A stretch of 64,000 bases of DNA from an uncultured Candidatus Rokubacteria bacterium (lineage in GTDB: Bacteria > Methylomirabilota > Methylomirabilia > Rokubacteriales > DASRDR01), in assembly GCA_963805625.1 (NCBI GenBank), contig CAWDVE010000010.1:1536001-1600000 (forward strand), written 5' to 3'. Shown one piece after another: positions 28,930 to 38,839 of this stretch. Position numbers and translations under genes: made by a program. Position 1 is the first letter of the stretch. Each line of letters begins with the position of its first letter. Below the pieces are notes generated by a model. The model had not been told where the DNA came from, searched no databases, and saw nothing but the letters and a program-made list of their open reading frames with translations.

Positions 28930-30504
28930 ATGCGAGCGACGCGAGCGACACGACACGGGCCCCGTTACACCGCCGGGTGGTGCGCGATGGCACTGACCCT
29001 GTTCCTGGGCGCGACCCTCGTCGTCGCGCGGCCGGCCGCTGCCCAGGCCAATCACCTCAAGGTCGCCCTCCAGGGTGACACCTCGAACGTCGACCTTCAC
29101 CTGACGACGCACTACGTCAGCCGGGTGGCGTTGCTGAACGTGTACGAGATGCTCTACACGCTGGGCGAGGATCTGTCGATCCAGCCGATGCTGGCCGACA
29201 AGCACACGATCAGCCCCGACGGCCTCACCTACACGATCACGGTCCGGAAGGGCGTCAAGTTCCACAACGGCAAGGTGATGGACGCCAAGGACGTCGCCTA
29301 CACGCTCACCCGGATGCGGAACCAGGGCTGCCGGTCGGCGGAGTTCAAGGCGCTGGTGAAGGACATCGAGGCCACGGACGCCTCGACGGTCCGCATTGGC
29401 CTCAACGCCCCGTCGGGTGTCTTCCTCGCCAACCTGGCCAACGTCATCTGTCCGGTCGTGATCTATCCGGAGGGCGAGGTTGAGAAGCAGGGCGGCGCCA
29501 TCACGAAGCCGGTCGGCACCGGGCCCTACGAGTTCGTCGAGTGGAAGAAGGACGCCTTCCTTCGGGTCAAGAAGTTCAAGGACTACGTGGCCGACTCGCG
29601 GCCTTCCTCCGGGCTGGCAGGCAAGAAGGTCGCCATCATGGAGACGGTGGACTTCATCCCGATCCCAGACGGCGCCGTGCGCGCGGCCGCCATCGAACGG
29701 GGTGACGTCGACATCGCGATCGAGCTGAACATTGAGGATGCGCAGCGGATGAAGGGTAAGCCGGGGCTCGTAGTCGCCGTCAAACCCGGTATCGCCTTCG
29801 ACGACCTCCGGTTCGGCTTCAAGAAGGGGCCGTTCACCAACCAGAAGCTCCGCCAGGCAGTGGCCTTCGCCATTGACAAGGAGGAGCTCAACAAGGCGAA
29901 CCTCGGCGGCCAGGGCAAGCCGGTCTCCGCTGGGTTCCCGGCCGGCATGCCCTTCCACGGTGCCGTCCACGACCAGGACCCCTACGCCAAACCGAACCTC
30001 CAGAAGGCGAAGCAGCTCATGCAGGAGGCCGGCTACAAGGGGGAGAAGGTCGTCCTCACTGCTCACCTGGTGCCGGACCGGATCGCCCAGGGCGCCGTCG
30101 TGATCCAGGCTCAGCTCCAGGCGGCCGGCATGAACGTCGACGTGAAGACCCTGGAATCGGCAGCCCTCCAGGAGGTCTTCAACAAGGGCGACTTCGAGCT
30201 CTTCTACTCGGGACTCACGCCACGCCCGGACGCCGACGTCTACTACTGCCAGTCCAACGAATCGAAGGCGAGCCAGGCCGGCTACAACAATCCGGAGTAC
30301 GACCGGCTCTGCCAGGAAGGGCGCAAGGCGCTCAAGGCCGAGGACCGCGCCAAGATCTACGCCCAGCTCGAGCAGCTCCGTCGGACCGATCTCCCCTACT
30401 ACCCGACGAACTACTACCCGCAGGTGGCAGCGTGGCGGGAGAACGTCAAGGGCTGGACCCACTGGGCCGCGGGGTACGCCCGCGTGTGGGGCGTGTCGAA
30501 GTAA
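28930..30504 (+). CDS. ABC transporter substrate-binding protein, family 5 (peptide/nickel)
   Basis: Signal peptide; RKGVKFHNG, PVGTGPY, LRQAVAFAID. Confidence 0.92.
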   Translation: MRATRATRHGPRYTAGWCAMALTLFLGATLVVARPAAAQANHLKVALQGDTSNVDLHLTTHYVSRVALLNVYEMLYTLGEDLSIQPMLADKHTISPDGLTYTITVRKGVKFHNGKVMDAKDVAYTLTRMRNQGCRSAEFKALVKDIEATDASTVRIGLNAPSGVFLANLANVICPVVIYPEGEVEKQGGAITKPVGTGPYEFVEWKKDAFLRVKKFKDYVADSRPSSGLAGKKVAIMETVDFIPIPDGAVRAAAIERGDVDIAIELNIEDAQRMKGKPGLVVAVKPGIAFDDLRFGFKKGPFTNQKLRQAVAFAIDKEELNKANLGGQGKPVSAGFPAGMPFHGAVHDQDPYAKPNLQKAKQLMQEAGYKGEKVVLTAHLVPDRIAQGAVVIQAQLQAAGMNVDVKTLESAALQEVFNKGDFELFYSGLTPRPDADVYYCQSNESKASQAGYNNPEYDRLCQEGRKALKAEDRAKIYAQLEQLRRTDLPYYPTNYYPQVAAWRENVKGWTHWAAGYARVWGVSK

Positions 30505-30510
30505 CCAGCG

Positions 30511-30576
30511 TCCTAGCGGGGAGCCTTCGCTCCTAGGATCCGCGGCGGTGAGTCGACTAAGGACCGCCGCGGGTCC
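30511..30576 (+). other. Intercistronic stem-loop after the SBP gene
   Basis: GGATCCGCGGCGGT (30536-30549) pairs with ACCGCCGCGGGTCC (30563-30576). Confidence 0.5.
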
Positions 30577-30706
30577 TGCGGGCCGGACTTGGCGCGACCC
30601 GGCCCCGACCGACCGCTCGCCGCCCGGACCATCCGATGACGACCGGGATCCGTCGCGCCGCAAGGCGCCCAAACCACCTGATGACCCGCTCAGCGCGGGA
30701 GGCACG

Positions 30707-31267
30707 ATGCCCGAATCCATTCCGGCCGCGCTCATCATCGACACGCTGAAGGACACGTTTCGCGCGGCGCGCGCGGCGCTGGCCGCCGAAGTGGCCGAGC
30801 CGCCGATGCACGGCCATCTCGGCTGGATCCTCAGCGTGCCGGACACGCACCAGAAGACCGTGCTCGCCGCGCTCGACAAGGAAGAGTCGATCCGCGTCGT
30901 CACCTGCGCGACCGAGGACGAGGCTACTGCGATCGCGGCCGGGCTCTACGTCGGCGGAGAGCCGGTCGTGCTGATGATCCAGCACGCGGGCCTCTACGCG
31001 TCGATCAACACCCTCCGCGGCGTGGCGTTGGACGGCCGGGTCCCGATCTTCTACATGATCGGCCTCCTGAGCCGGGAGAAGGACAAGGACCCGCGGGAGT
31101 CGCGGCACTCCATGGTCCGCTACTGCGAGCCGCTCCTCGACACCTTCGGGGTGCCGCACGCCCGCCTGGAAGGGCCGAACGACGTGCATCTCATCCCTGA
31201 GTACTACCGCCTGAGCCGCGCCCGCCGCGGACCGGCGGCCGTGCTGGTCGGCCTGGAGACGAGCTGA
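30707..31267 (+). CDS. ThDP-dependent decarboxylase alpha subunit (ComD / phosphonopyruvate decarboxylase N-terminal-like)
   Basis: SVPD, TEDEATAIAAG, MIQHAG..SIN; GGAGG RBS. Confidence 0.8.
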   Translation: MPESIPAALIIDTLKDTFRAARAALAAEVAEPPMHGHLGWILSVPDTHQKTVLAALDKEESIRVVTCATEDEATAIAAGLYVGGEPVVLMIQHAGLYASINTLRGVALDGRVPIFYMIGLLSREKDKDPRESRHSMVRYCEPLLDTFGVPHARLEGPNDVHLIPEYYRLSRARRGPAAVLVGLETS

Positions 31268-31268
31268 G

Positions 31269-31883
31269 ATGGCCCCTGGCGTCGCAATGAAGCCCGAGGA
31301 CGTCCTGCGCGCCATCGCCGCCGAGCGGGGCGACGCCATCGTCGTTCCCACCATGACGACGGCCCCCGCCTGGCGCAGCATCGCGCCCAACGACCTGTCC
31401 GTGACCTGCGTCGGGTTCATGGGCGGCGCCTCCTCCCTCGGGCTCGGTATCGCGCTCGCCCGTCCCGACCGGCGCGTCCTCGTGCTCGACGGGGACGGGT
31501 CCCTGCTCATGCAGCTCGGATCGCTCGCCACGGTGGCCGGGGCCGCCCCGCGGAATCTGGTCCACTTCCTCTTCAAGAACGGCGTCTACCACACGTCGGG
31601 CGCGCAGGCGATCCCGGGCGGCCTGTCGGTCGACTTCGTGATGATGGCCAAGGGCGCCGGCTACCGGATGGCGAGCGCGATCGACGACCTCGGAGACTTC
31701 AAGCGCCGGCTTCCCGAGTTCCTCAGGACCGAGGGGCCGGTATTCGTCGAGCTCCACACGGGACTCGCCGAGCAGACTCCGATGACCGTCCGGGAGCGCA
31801 CTCCGTTCCACCAGCAGCTTCACGATGCTCGGGTCAAGCTCCTCCGCCCCCGCGCGACCGCGAGCGCGCCCGCGGACGCCTGA
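31269..31883 (+). CDS. ThDP-binding decarboxylase beta subunit (ComE-like)
   Basis: MGGASSLGLG.AL, DGDGSLLMQLG...N ThDP motif. Confidence 0.85.
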   Translation: MAPGVAMKPEDVLRAIAAERGDAIVVPTMTTAPAWRSIAPNDLSVTCVGFMGGASSLGLGIALARPDRRVLVLDGDGSLLMQLGSLATVAGAAPRNLVHFLFKNGVYHTSGAQAIPGGLSVDFVMMAKGAGYRMASAIDDLGDFKRRLPEFLRTEGPVFVELHTGLAEQTPMTVRERTPFHQQLHDARVKLLRPRATASAPADA

Positions 31884-31908
31884 CCCCACCTCACCGCCGG
31901 AGGCCGTC

Positions 31909-32847
31909 ATGCCGCTCGACCCCCAAGCTCAGCGTGTCGTCGATGCGATGGCCGCGCTCAACCTCAAGCCCGTCGAGAGCTCGACGCCCGACGAGGCGCG
32001 CGAGTCGATCCGCATCCGCACCGCCGCGCTCGGCCCCTTCGAGGACGTGGCGGCGGTGGCCGACCACCGGCTGCCCGTGGCGGGCGGCGAGATCACCGTG
32101 CGTGCGTACTCACCCGGAGGCCCGGGCCCGCACGCAGCCCTCGTCTACTACCACGGCGGAGGCTGGGTGATCGGCGACCTCTACACGCACGACGGCCTCT
32201 GCCGGTCGCTCACCAACGCGGCGCGCTGTGCGGTGGTCAGCGTGGATTACCGCCTCGCGCCGGAGTCCAAGTACCCCGTTCCGGCCGAGGACTCTTACGC
32301 CGCGCTTCGCTGGGTGGTGGCGAACGCCGCCAGGCTCGGGATCGACCCGCGCCGCGTCGCCGTCGGGGGAGACAGCGCAGGGGGCAACCTCGCCACGGTC
32401 GCCGCCCTGATGGCGCGCGAGCGCGGCGGCCCTCCCCTGGTCCACCAGGTGCTGATCTATCCCGTCACCGACCACAACCTGCACACGCCGTCCTACCTGG
32501 AAAACGCGACCGGCTACGTGCTCACGCGCGAGGGGATGCGGTGGTTCTGGAACCACTACCTCGCCCGCGAGGCCCAGGGCGGTGAGGCCTACGCCTCGCC
32601 GCTCAGGGCCCCAAGTCTGGCCGGGCTCCCACCCGCGCTCGTGATCACCGCAGAGTGCGATCCGCTCCGCGACGAGGGCGAAGCCTACGCCGCGCGTCTC
32701 CGCAACGCCGGCGTCCCGGTCACGGTCACGCGCTATGCCGGGATGTTCCACGGGTTCGTCCGCATGACGCGCATCCTCGACAAGGCGCGGACGGCGCTCG
32801 ACGAGATCGCAGGCTCCCTGCAGAAGGCCTTCGGCGCCGCCCCGTGA
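31909..32847 (+). CDS. Alpha/beta hydrolase, HSL-family esterase
   Basis: HGGGW, GDSAGG, DPLRDEG, HGF. Confidence 0.93.
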   Translation: MPLDPQAQRVVDAMAALNLKPVESSTPDEARESIRIRTAALGPFEDVAAVADHRLPVAGGEITVRAYSPGGPGPHAALVYYHGGGWVIGDLYTHDGLCRSLTNAARCAVVSVDYRLAPESKYPVPAEDSYAALRWVVANAARLGIDPRRVAVGGDSAGGNLATVAALMARERGGPPLVHQVLIYPVTDHNLHTPSYLENATGYVLTREGMRWFWNHYLAREAQGGEAYASPLRAPSLAGLPPALVITAECDPLRDEGEAYAARLRNAGVPVTVTRYAGMFHGFVRMTRILDKARTALDEIAGSLQKAFGAAP

Positions 32848-32928
32848 GCAGCGCAAGGGATCGGCGGCCGGCCGCCCGCCAGATGGCCCCTCCGCCGGTC
32901 GCGCCGTAACGGCGCGGCGGCCCTAGCC

Positions 32929-33882
32929 ATGCATCCGCTGCTCAAGCTCATCGTGGTACGCGTGCTTGCACTGGTCCCCATGCTGCTCGCCCTCAGCATG
33001 GCGTCCTTCGCGCTGGTGCACGTCATCCCCGGCGATCCGGCCCTCGTCATGATGGGCGGCGAGGGCACCACGCAGGCGGTCGAGGAACTCCGGCGCCAGC
33101 TCGGCCTGGATCGGCCGCTCCACGTCCGCTATCTGGAGTGGCTGGGCCAGATCGCTCGAGGCAACCTGGGAGAGTCCCTCTACAACAAGACCCGTGTCTC
33201 GGAGGAGCTCCTCTGGCGAATGCCGACGACGCTCAGCCTGGTGACGCTCGCCCTGCTCTTCTCGATCGGCATCGGCGTGCCTGCCGGGCTCCTCTCCGCC
33301 GCCTTCCGGAACTCCTGGATCGATCACGCCGCGCGTCTGCTGACCCTCGTGAGCCTGTCGCTCCCGAGCTTCTGGCTCGGGCTCATGCTGATCATCCTCT
33401 TCTCGCTATGGCTGGATCTTCTGCCCATCGTCGGCTACGAGCCCATCACGCGGGGGGTCTGGAAGGCGATCCCCTTCCTGATCCTCCCGAGTCTCTCGCT
33501 CGGCACCTACCTGGCGGCGCTCCTCACGCGCCTCACCCGGTCGAGCATGCTCGAGGTCCTGAACCAGGACTACGTGCGAACGGCGCGCGCGAAGGGTCTG
33601 CGCGATCGCGTCGTCCTCATGCGCCACGCGCTTCGCAACGCCCTCATCCCCATCGTCACCGTGATCGGCATCAACGTGGGCATCCTGCTCGGTGGCAGCG
33701 CCGTCATCGAGACGGTGTTCGTGCTACCGGGGGTGGGCCAGCTCGTCGTGCGCTCCCTCTACAACCGCGACCTTCCGGTCATCCAGGGACTCATCCTGTA
33801 CGTCGCAGTCATCTACGTCCTCGTGAACCTGCTGGTCGACGTCATCTACACGTACCTCGATCCCCGGCTCCGTCCGAGCTGA
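32929..33882 (+). CDS. ABC transporter permease (DppB-like)
   Basis: PGDPA, DYVRTARAKG, HALRN, LDPR. Confidence 0.93.
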   Translation: MHPLLKLIVVRVLALVPMLLALSMASFALVHVIPGDPALVMMGGEGTTQAVEELRRQLGLDRPLHVRYLEWLGQIARGNLGESLYNKTRVSEELLWRMPTTLSLVTLALLFSIGIGVPAGLLSAAFRNSWIDHAARLLTLVSLSLPSFWLGLMLIILFSLWLDLLPIVGYEPITRGVWKAIPFLILPSLSLGTYLAALLTRLTRSSMLEVLNQDYVRTARAKGLRDRVVLMRHALRNALIPIVTVIGINVGILLGGSAVIETVFVLPGVGQLVVRSLYNRDLPVIQGLILYVAVIYVLVNLLVDVIYTYLDPRLRPS

Positions 33883-33885
33883 CCG

Positions 33886-34848
33886 ATGTCGACGCTGGGC
33901 GAACGAGCGGGACGGACGGCCCCCGGCGGGGCAGGAGTCTCGGGTGTCATCGGCGGGCCGGATCCTGACGGCCGGCGCCCGACGCCCACCACGGCCTTGC
34001 CGCCGCGACGGTCGGGCGGGGCTCGCCTTCGCAGCTGGGCGCGCAAGAACCCGCTCTCTGTGGCGGGCGCCGCCATCATGCTCGCGCTGGTAGCCATGGC
34101 GCTCCTCGCGCCCTATCTCCCCCTCTCGAACCCGATCCGCATGAACGTGCCGAAGCGCTTCTCCCCGCCCGGCGCGGACTTCTGGTTCGGGACGGACCAT
34201 CTCGGGCGGGACGTGTTCAGCCGGGTCGTGCACGGGGCGGCGTTCAGTCTCACGATCGGCGGCCTGACCATCCTGCTGGCCGGGGTGCCGGGGATCTTCG
34301 TCGGCATCCTCGCCGCGGCGGCGCCGCCCCGCCTCGCCGGACTCCTGATGCGCGTCCTCGACGTGCTGATGTCCTTCCCGGCCCTTCTCCTCGCGGTCGC
34401 GGTTGGCGCCGCGCTGGGCACGGGGGGGCGGAGCATCGTCATCGCGCTCGCGGTGGTCTACTTCCCGCGGATCGCGCGCATGACCCGTGGCATCGCCCTG
34501 TCCGTGATGACGCAGGAGTACGTCATCGCCTCCCGCGCCCTCGGCACCCCGATCCAGCGTCTCCTCCTCCGGACGGTGGTGCCGAACTGCCTCTCGGTCG
34601 TGGTCGTGCAGTGCAGCCTCTACTTCGCGGAGGTGCTGCTGGCCGAGGCGGCGCTCTCCTTCCTGGGGCTGGGCGAAGCGCCGCCCCGGCCGACGTGGGG
34701 CAACATGCTGTACGAAGCGCAGAAGAACATGCGGAACGCGCCCTGGCTGGCGATCTTCCCGGGCGCCGCGATCGCGGTGTCGGTGTTCGGGCTGAACCTC
34801 TTCGGTGATGCGGTTCGGGACGCGATGGACCCGCGCCTCAGGACCTGA
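33886..34848 (+). CDS. ABC transporter permease (DppC-like)
   Basis: FGTDHLGRD, EAALSFLGLG, PTWG, GDAVRD. Confidence 0.93.
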   Translation: MSTLGERAGRTAPGGAGVSGVIGGPDPDGRRPTPTTALPPRRSGGARLRSWARKNPLSVAGAAIMLALVAMALLAPYLPLSNPIRMNVPKRFSPPGADFWFGTDHLGRDVFSRVVHGAAFSLTIGGLTILLAGVPGIFVGILAAAAPPRLAGLLMRVLDVLMSFPALLLAVAVGAALGTGGRSIVIALAVVYFPRIARMTRGIALSVMTQEYVIASRALGTPIQRLLLRTVVPNCLSVVVVQCSLYFAEVLLAEAALSFLGLGEAPPRPTWGNMLYEAQKNMRNAPWLAIFPGAAIAVSVFGLNLFGDAVRDAMDPRLRT

Positions 34849-34871
34849 TCGCGCGAGCGAGCGGCGCGCGA

Positions 34872-34906
34872 ACGCCGGTGCGGCTCCAGGCGAGCCGCAC
34901 CGGCGT
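34872..34906. terminator. Strong GC hairpin between convergent genes
   Basis: ACGCCGGTGCGGCTC-CAGGC-GAGCCGCACCGGCGT, perfect 15-bp stem without a U-tract. Confidence 0.55.
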
Positions 34907-34975
34907 CGGGGTGCTCCTCATAGAAGTCGGAGGCTCGGGCTGGCCGAGCCCGGCGACAGCAGGTAGGCGGGGCCG

Positions 34976-35239
34976 CTAGGGCCGGATCGTCCGCTCGGCC
35001 GAGCGCAGGGTGTCGCTCACCTGCGCCTTGCCGTGATCGAGCATCTCCTCGGCCCGCCGAATGGGCGCGGAAGCGCGGTCGAACGCGCGCTCGGCCGTCT
35101 CCTCGACCGCGTGGAGTCGATCGGCGGCGCCCACGCGCGCCAGTCGGGTCTGCTCATCGAGGTAGGCCTGGATGTCGTCCCGGAAGAACCACACGATCAA
35201 ACCGCCCGTCAACACACCCGCGAGAAAGCCTCTCACCAT
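34976..35239 (-). CDS. Small membrane-anchored protein (YtxH-like)
   Basis: N-terminal TM (GFLAGVLTGGLIVWF) then helical charged region; GGAGG RBS. Confidence 0.7.
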   Translation of the reverse strand: MVRGFLAGVLTGGLIVWFFRDDIQAYLDEQTRLARVGAADRLHAVEETAERAFDRASAPIRRAEEMLDHGKAQVSDTLRSAERTIRP

Positions 35240-35336
35240 CGTTCCCCTCCTGGGCGTTCGGGGCCACTGGCCCGGCGCCGATCACGGTAGCACAAGCGCG
35301 CCCGCGAGGGGAGACAGGGCGCGGCGGGCGAGGCGG

Positions 35337-35990
35337 TCAGCCGGGCTGCGCGGAGCGCGGAGCGAGCCCGCCCTCGGGAGCGGCGCGCCGGGCTCTTGCT
35401 CGGGCGCGGCGCACCGCGTCGACGATCCGGATGGCGAAGAGGAGCGTCAGCCACAGGGCGTAGTAGTACGGCCCCTGCACGCCGACCTTCGCGAGCCAGA
35501 AGTAGTGGAGCACTCCCAGGATCGCGATCAGGTAGACGAGCCGGTGGAGCCGACGCCAGGTGACCGCGCCGAGCCGCCGGATCATCCGGGCGGTCGAGGT
35601 CGCCGCCAGGGGCAGGAGGAGGAGGAGCGCCGTGAAACCGACCGTGACGTACGGGCGCTTCATCACGTCCGTCGCCATCTCGGGCCAGTCGAAGAAGTGG
35701 TCGACGACGAGCCAGACGCTGAAGTGGAGCAGCGCGTGGGCAAAGGCGAAGAGTCCGAGCAGACGCCGCAACGTCACGGGCCACGACAGGCCAAACAGGA
35801 TGCGGAGCGGCGTCATGGTGAGGGAGAGGAGCAGGATCCGCAGGGTCCAATCGCCAAGCGTGTCCGTCGCCACGTCGATGGGATTCGTGACGAGGGGATC
35901 CGTGAAGAGCCGCCACAGGAGGCTCGCCAGCGGGGTGAGACACCCCACCCACACGACGGCCTTCAGCCCGATCCGTTGCCGGCGGGTCAC
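35337..35990 (-). CDS. msrQ: Methionine sulfoxide reductase heme-binding subunit
   Basis: TLGDW.L..L..SL.MTP, RRLLGLFAF, LAATS, WRRLHRLVY...H. Confidence 0.92.
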   Translation of the reverse strand: MTRRQRIGLKAVVWVGCLTPLASLLWRLFTDPLVTNPIDVATDTLGDWTLRILLLSLTMTPLRILFGLSWPVTLRRLLGLFAFAHALLHFSVWLVVDHFFDWPEMATDVMKRPYVTVGFTALLLLLPLAATSTARMIRRLGAVTWRRLHRLVYLIAILGVLHYFWLAKVGVQGPYYYALWLTLLFAIRIVDAVRRARARARRAAPEGGLAPRSAQPG

Positions 35991-36015
35991 CGCGCGCGAG
36001 GTCCCCCCGACGCGG

Positions 36016-36606
36016 CTACGCCCGCCCCTGGTCGGGGCGATCGCCGCGCTCCGGATCCGGTGGCGAGCGCCGCCAGAGGCCCTGCGACGGCACGCGGAGC
36101 GCCCGGTTGAACTTGCTGGACGCGTTCTCCCACGCGATGACCGCCGTCAGCTCCACGAGGGCGTCGTCGTCGTAGAAGCGACGGAGGCGGTCGAAGAGCT
36201 CGTCCCCGACCTCGCGATCGCTGAGCGTCATGGCGTCGGCGTACTCGAGGGCTACGCGCTCCGCGGCGCCGTAGAGCGGGCTGGTCGCATAATCCGGCAA
36301 CGCCAGGATCTTCTCCTCCGGCACCCCGAGCGCGCTGCCCACGGCAGCATTGATGTCCTGTCAGAACTCGCAGCGGTTCAGGAATGCCACGCGCCGGTTG
36401 ATGAGAGCCTTGAGCTTCTCGTCGATCAGCCCCGAGGCGTCGATGCCCGTCCACATCCCGCGTGCGCCGCGAAAGATCGACGGCCGGCGCGCGTACACGA
36501 GGTGGTTCAGGAGAGGGGCGCCCCAGTGCCTCGCCTGAGCGGCCAGCACCTTCTCGGCGTAGTCGTCCCCCGCCTCGCCCGGCCGAACGCCTTCGATGCG
36601 GGCCAC
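36016..36606 (-). CDS. AhpD/carboxymuconolactone-decarboxylase-like selenoprotein (UGA at 36363-36361 read as Sec)
   Basis: VARIEGV...RRVAFLNRCEF-UGA-QDINAAVGSALG...ERVALEYADAMT...ELTAVIAWEN..SKFNRAL in a single frame; hairpin 3' of the UGA. Confidence 0.85.
36333..36349 (-). promoter_or_regulatory. Putative bacterial SECIS element
   Basis: GCUGCC-GUG-GGCAGC stem-loop starting 12 nt after the UGA, extendable by a U-G pair. Confidence 0.7.
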
Positions 36607-36626
36607 CGCCCTGCCCTTCCCGGCGC

Positions 36627-37601
36627 CTAGTACTGCTTCTTGAGATCCATCCCGGTGTAGAGCGACGCGACCTGGTCGTAGCCGTTGAACATCAGTGTCT
36701 TCCGCCGCCGGAACTCGCCGATCCGCCGCTCGGTCGCCTGGCTCCAGCGGGGATGGTCGACGTTCGGGTTGACGTTCGAGTAGAACCCGTACTCGTTCGA
36801 CGCCGCCTTGTTCCAGCTGGTCTTCGGCTCGTCGGCGACGAGCCGGATTCGCACGAGAGACTTGGCGCTCTTGAACCCGTACTTCCAGGGCACCACGACG
36901 CGGACGGGGGCGCCGTTCTGGTTGGGAAGCACGTGCCCGTACATCCCGACCGTCAGGAGCGTCAACGGGTGCGTGGCCTCGTCGAGCCGGAGCCCCTCTA
37001 CATACGGCCAGTCGAGCGAGGAGCCGAAGAAGCTCGGCTTCGTGCCCGGCATCTGCTCGGGATCGACCAGGGTCTGGAACTCCACGTACTTGGCGGCGCC
37101 GGTGGGCTCGACCCGCTTGAGAAGCGCCGAGAGGGGGTACCCAATCCACGGGATGACCATCGACCAGCCCTCGACGCAGCGAAGGGCGTAGACGCGCTCC
37201 TCCAGAGGGGCCAGCCGCAGGATCTCGTCGATGTCGAAGGTCTTCGGCTTCTGGCAGAGACCGCCCACCTCCACCGTCCAGGGCCGGGGGCGGAGCGTGT
37301 GGGCGTTCAGGGCCGGATCGGATTTGTCGGTCCCGAACTCGTAGAAGTTGTTGTACGTCGTGGCGTTGTCCCAGGGCGTGGGCGGGTCGGTCACGCTCAC
37401 CGCCTGGTTTCGCGCCGCGGCCAGGGATTGGCCCTTCACCGCCGGCTTGAGGGCAGCTTCCGCCGGCGCGTCCGAGCCCCCCACCGTGGCGGCGGCAGCA
37501 GCGGCCGCACCGACCATGAAGGATCGCCGGTTCAGGTACACCCCCCGCGGCGTGATCTCCGACGGGGGCGGATCGTGCGGCCCCGGAATGCGGATCAGCA
37601 T
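36627..37601 (-). CDS. msrP: Methionine sulfoxide reductase catalytic molybdoenzyme
   Basis: SEITP, Tat motif [54 protein letters not shown]. Confidence 0.96.
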   Translation of the reverse strand: MLIRIPGPHDPPPSEITPRGVYLNRRSFMVGAAAAAAATVGGSDAPAEAALKPAVKGQSLAAARNQAVSVTDPPTPWDNATTYNNFYEFGTDKSDPALNAHTLRPRPWTVEVGGLCQKPKTFDIDEILRLAPLEERVYALRCVEGWSMVIPWIGYPLSALLKRVEPTGAAKYVEFQTLVDPEQMPGTKPSFFGSSLDWPYVEGLRLDEATHPLTLLTVGMYGHVLPNQNGAPVRVVVPWKYGFKSAKSLVRIRLVADEPKTSWNKAASNEYGFYSNVNPNVDHPRWSQATERRIGEFRRRKTLMFNGYDQVASLYTGMDLKKQY

Positions 37602-37609
37602 GGCTCCTC

Positions 37610-38797
37610 CTAGACTACGCCTCCCGCCCGCAGGCGGTCGTACTCGGCCCGCTCGAGTCCGAGCCGGCCGAGATAGATCTCTTCGTTGTCCGCCCCCACC
37701 TCGCGCACGCCGGCGTGCCGGATCGTCCCCGGCGTGCCTGTGAGGCGCGGCACGACCCCGGGCATGTGGACCGTCCCCAGACCCGGCTCCGGCACCGCCA
37801 CGATGTTCTCGCGGGCCTTCAGCTGCGGGTCCGCGAACAGGTCCCGCACCGAGTTCACCAGCGCGCACGGCACCTCGGCGGCATCGAGCGTGGACAGCGC
37901 ATCGGCGGCATCCCGCGCACCCACCCACGCCTGGACGAGCCCGTCCAGCTCGGCGCGCCCCGCGAGCCGGTCCCGCACCCCCGGAAACCGCGCGACCAGG
38001 TCCGGTGTTCCCATGGCCCGGGCCAGCCGGGCGAACATGCGGTCGTTGGTGCAGGCGACCGCCACCCAGCGGCCGTCCCGGCTCTCGTAGTGGTTGTGGG
38101 GCGCCGCGCTCTCGGCGGCCGAGCCGATGCGCTCCCGGACGTACCCGAGCGCCCCGAACACGGGGATCGCGTCGTCCAGTATCCGCACGATGGGCTCGTA
38201 GAGACCCAGGTCCACCACCTGCCCCTCGCCCGTCCGCTCGCGCGCTCTCAGCGCGATCATCGCCCCGAGCGCTCCCATGACCCCCGCCAGGTAGTCCGGC
38301 ACCGTCGGCGTCCCGGGGGTCACCGGAGGCCGGTCCGGGTAACCCGACAGATATGAGATGCCCCCGACCGCCGCCGCGATGCGTCCGAACCCCGGCCGCT
38401 CGCGGTACGGCCCCGTCTGGCCGAACGCCGAGATCCGGACCATCACGAGCCCAGGATTCTCGGCCCGCAGAGCCTCGTACCCGAGCCCCCAGCGCTCGAG
38501 GGTCCCCGGCCGGAAGTTCTCCGCGACCACGTCGACCCCCCGGCACAGCCGGCGGACCAGCGTCTGCCCGTCAGGATCCCGGAGGTTGCAGGTGATCGAC
38601 TTCTTGTTACGGGCATCGGAGAGCCACCAGAGCGACACGCCGTCGGCCTGGCGCCCGAGGCGCCGGAGGTCGTCCCCCACGCCGGGCTGCTCGACCTTGA
38701 TGACCTCGGCCCCGAACTCGCCGAGAAGCGTGGCGCACATCGGCGCCGCAATGAACGTGGCGAGGTCCAGGACGACGAGGCCGTCGAGCGCGCCCAC
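37610..38797 (-). CDS. CoA-transferase family III (CaiB/BaiF)
   Basis: [35 protein letters not shown]. Confidence 0.93.
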   Translation of the reverse strand: MGALDGLVVLDLATFIAAPMCATLLGEFGAEVIKVEQPGVGDDLRRLGRQADGVSLWWLSDARNKKSITCNLRDPDGQTLVRRLCRGVDVVAENFRPGTLERWGLGYEALRAENPGLVMVRISAFGQTGPYRERPGFGRIAAAVGGISYLSGYPDRPPVTPGTPTVPDYLAGVMGALGAMIALRARERTGEGQVVDLGLYEPIVRILDDAIPVFGALGYVRERIGSAAESAAPHNHYESRDGRWVAVACTNDRMFARLARAMGTPDLVARFPGVRDRLAGRAELDGLVQAWVGARDAADALSTLDAAEVPCALVNSVRDLFADPQLKARENIVAVPEPGLGTVHMPGVVPRLTGTPGTIRHAGVREVGADNEEIYLGRLGLERAEYDRLRAGGVV

Positions 38798-38839
38798 GCC
38801 CCTACCCGGAGAGCGCTGCGAGCGTGCATGGACCTAGAG

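Noticed and set aside
36607-37149. Upstream part of ORF 36361..37149
   Set aside because: Alternate frame of msrP; only the part from GTG 36606 belongs to the AhpD-like gene
37602-38546. Apparent long N-terminal extension of MsrP (639-aa ORF)
   Set aside because: Overlaps the CoA-transferase gene in another frame; MsrP has its own AGGAGG RBS and start at 37601
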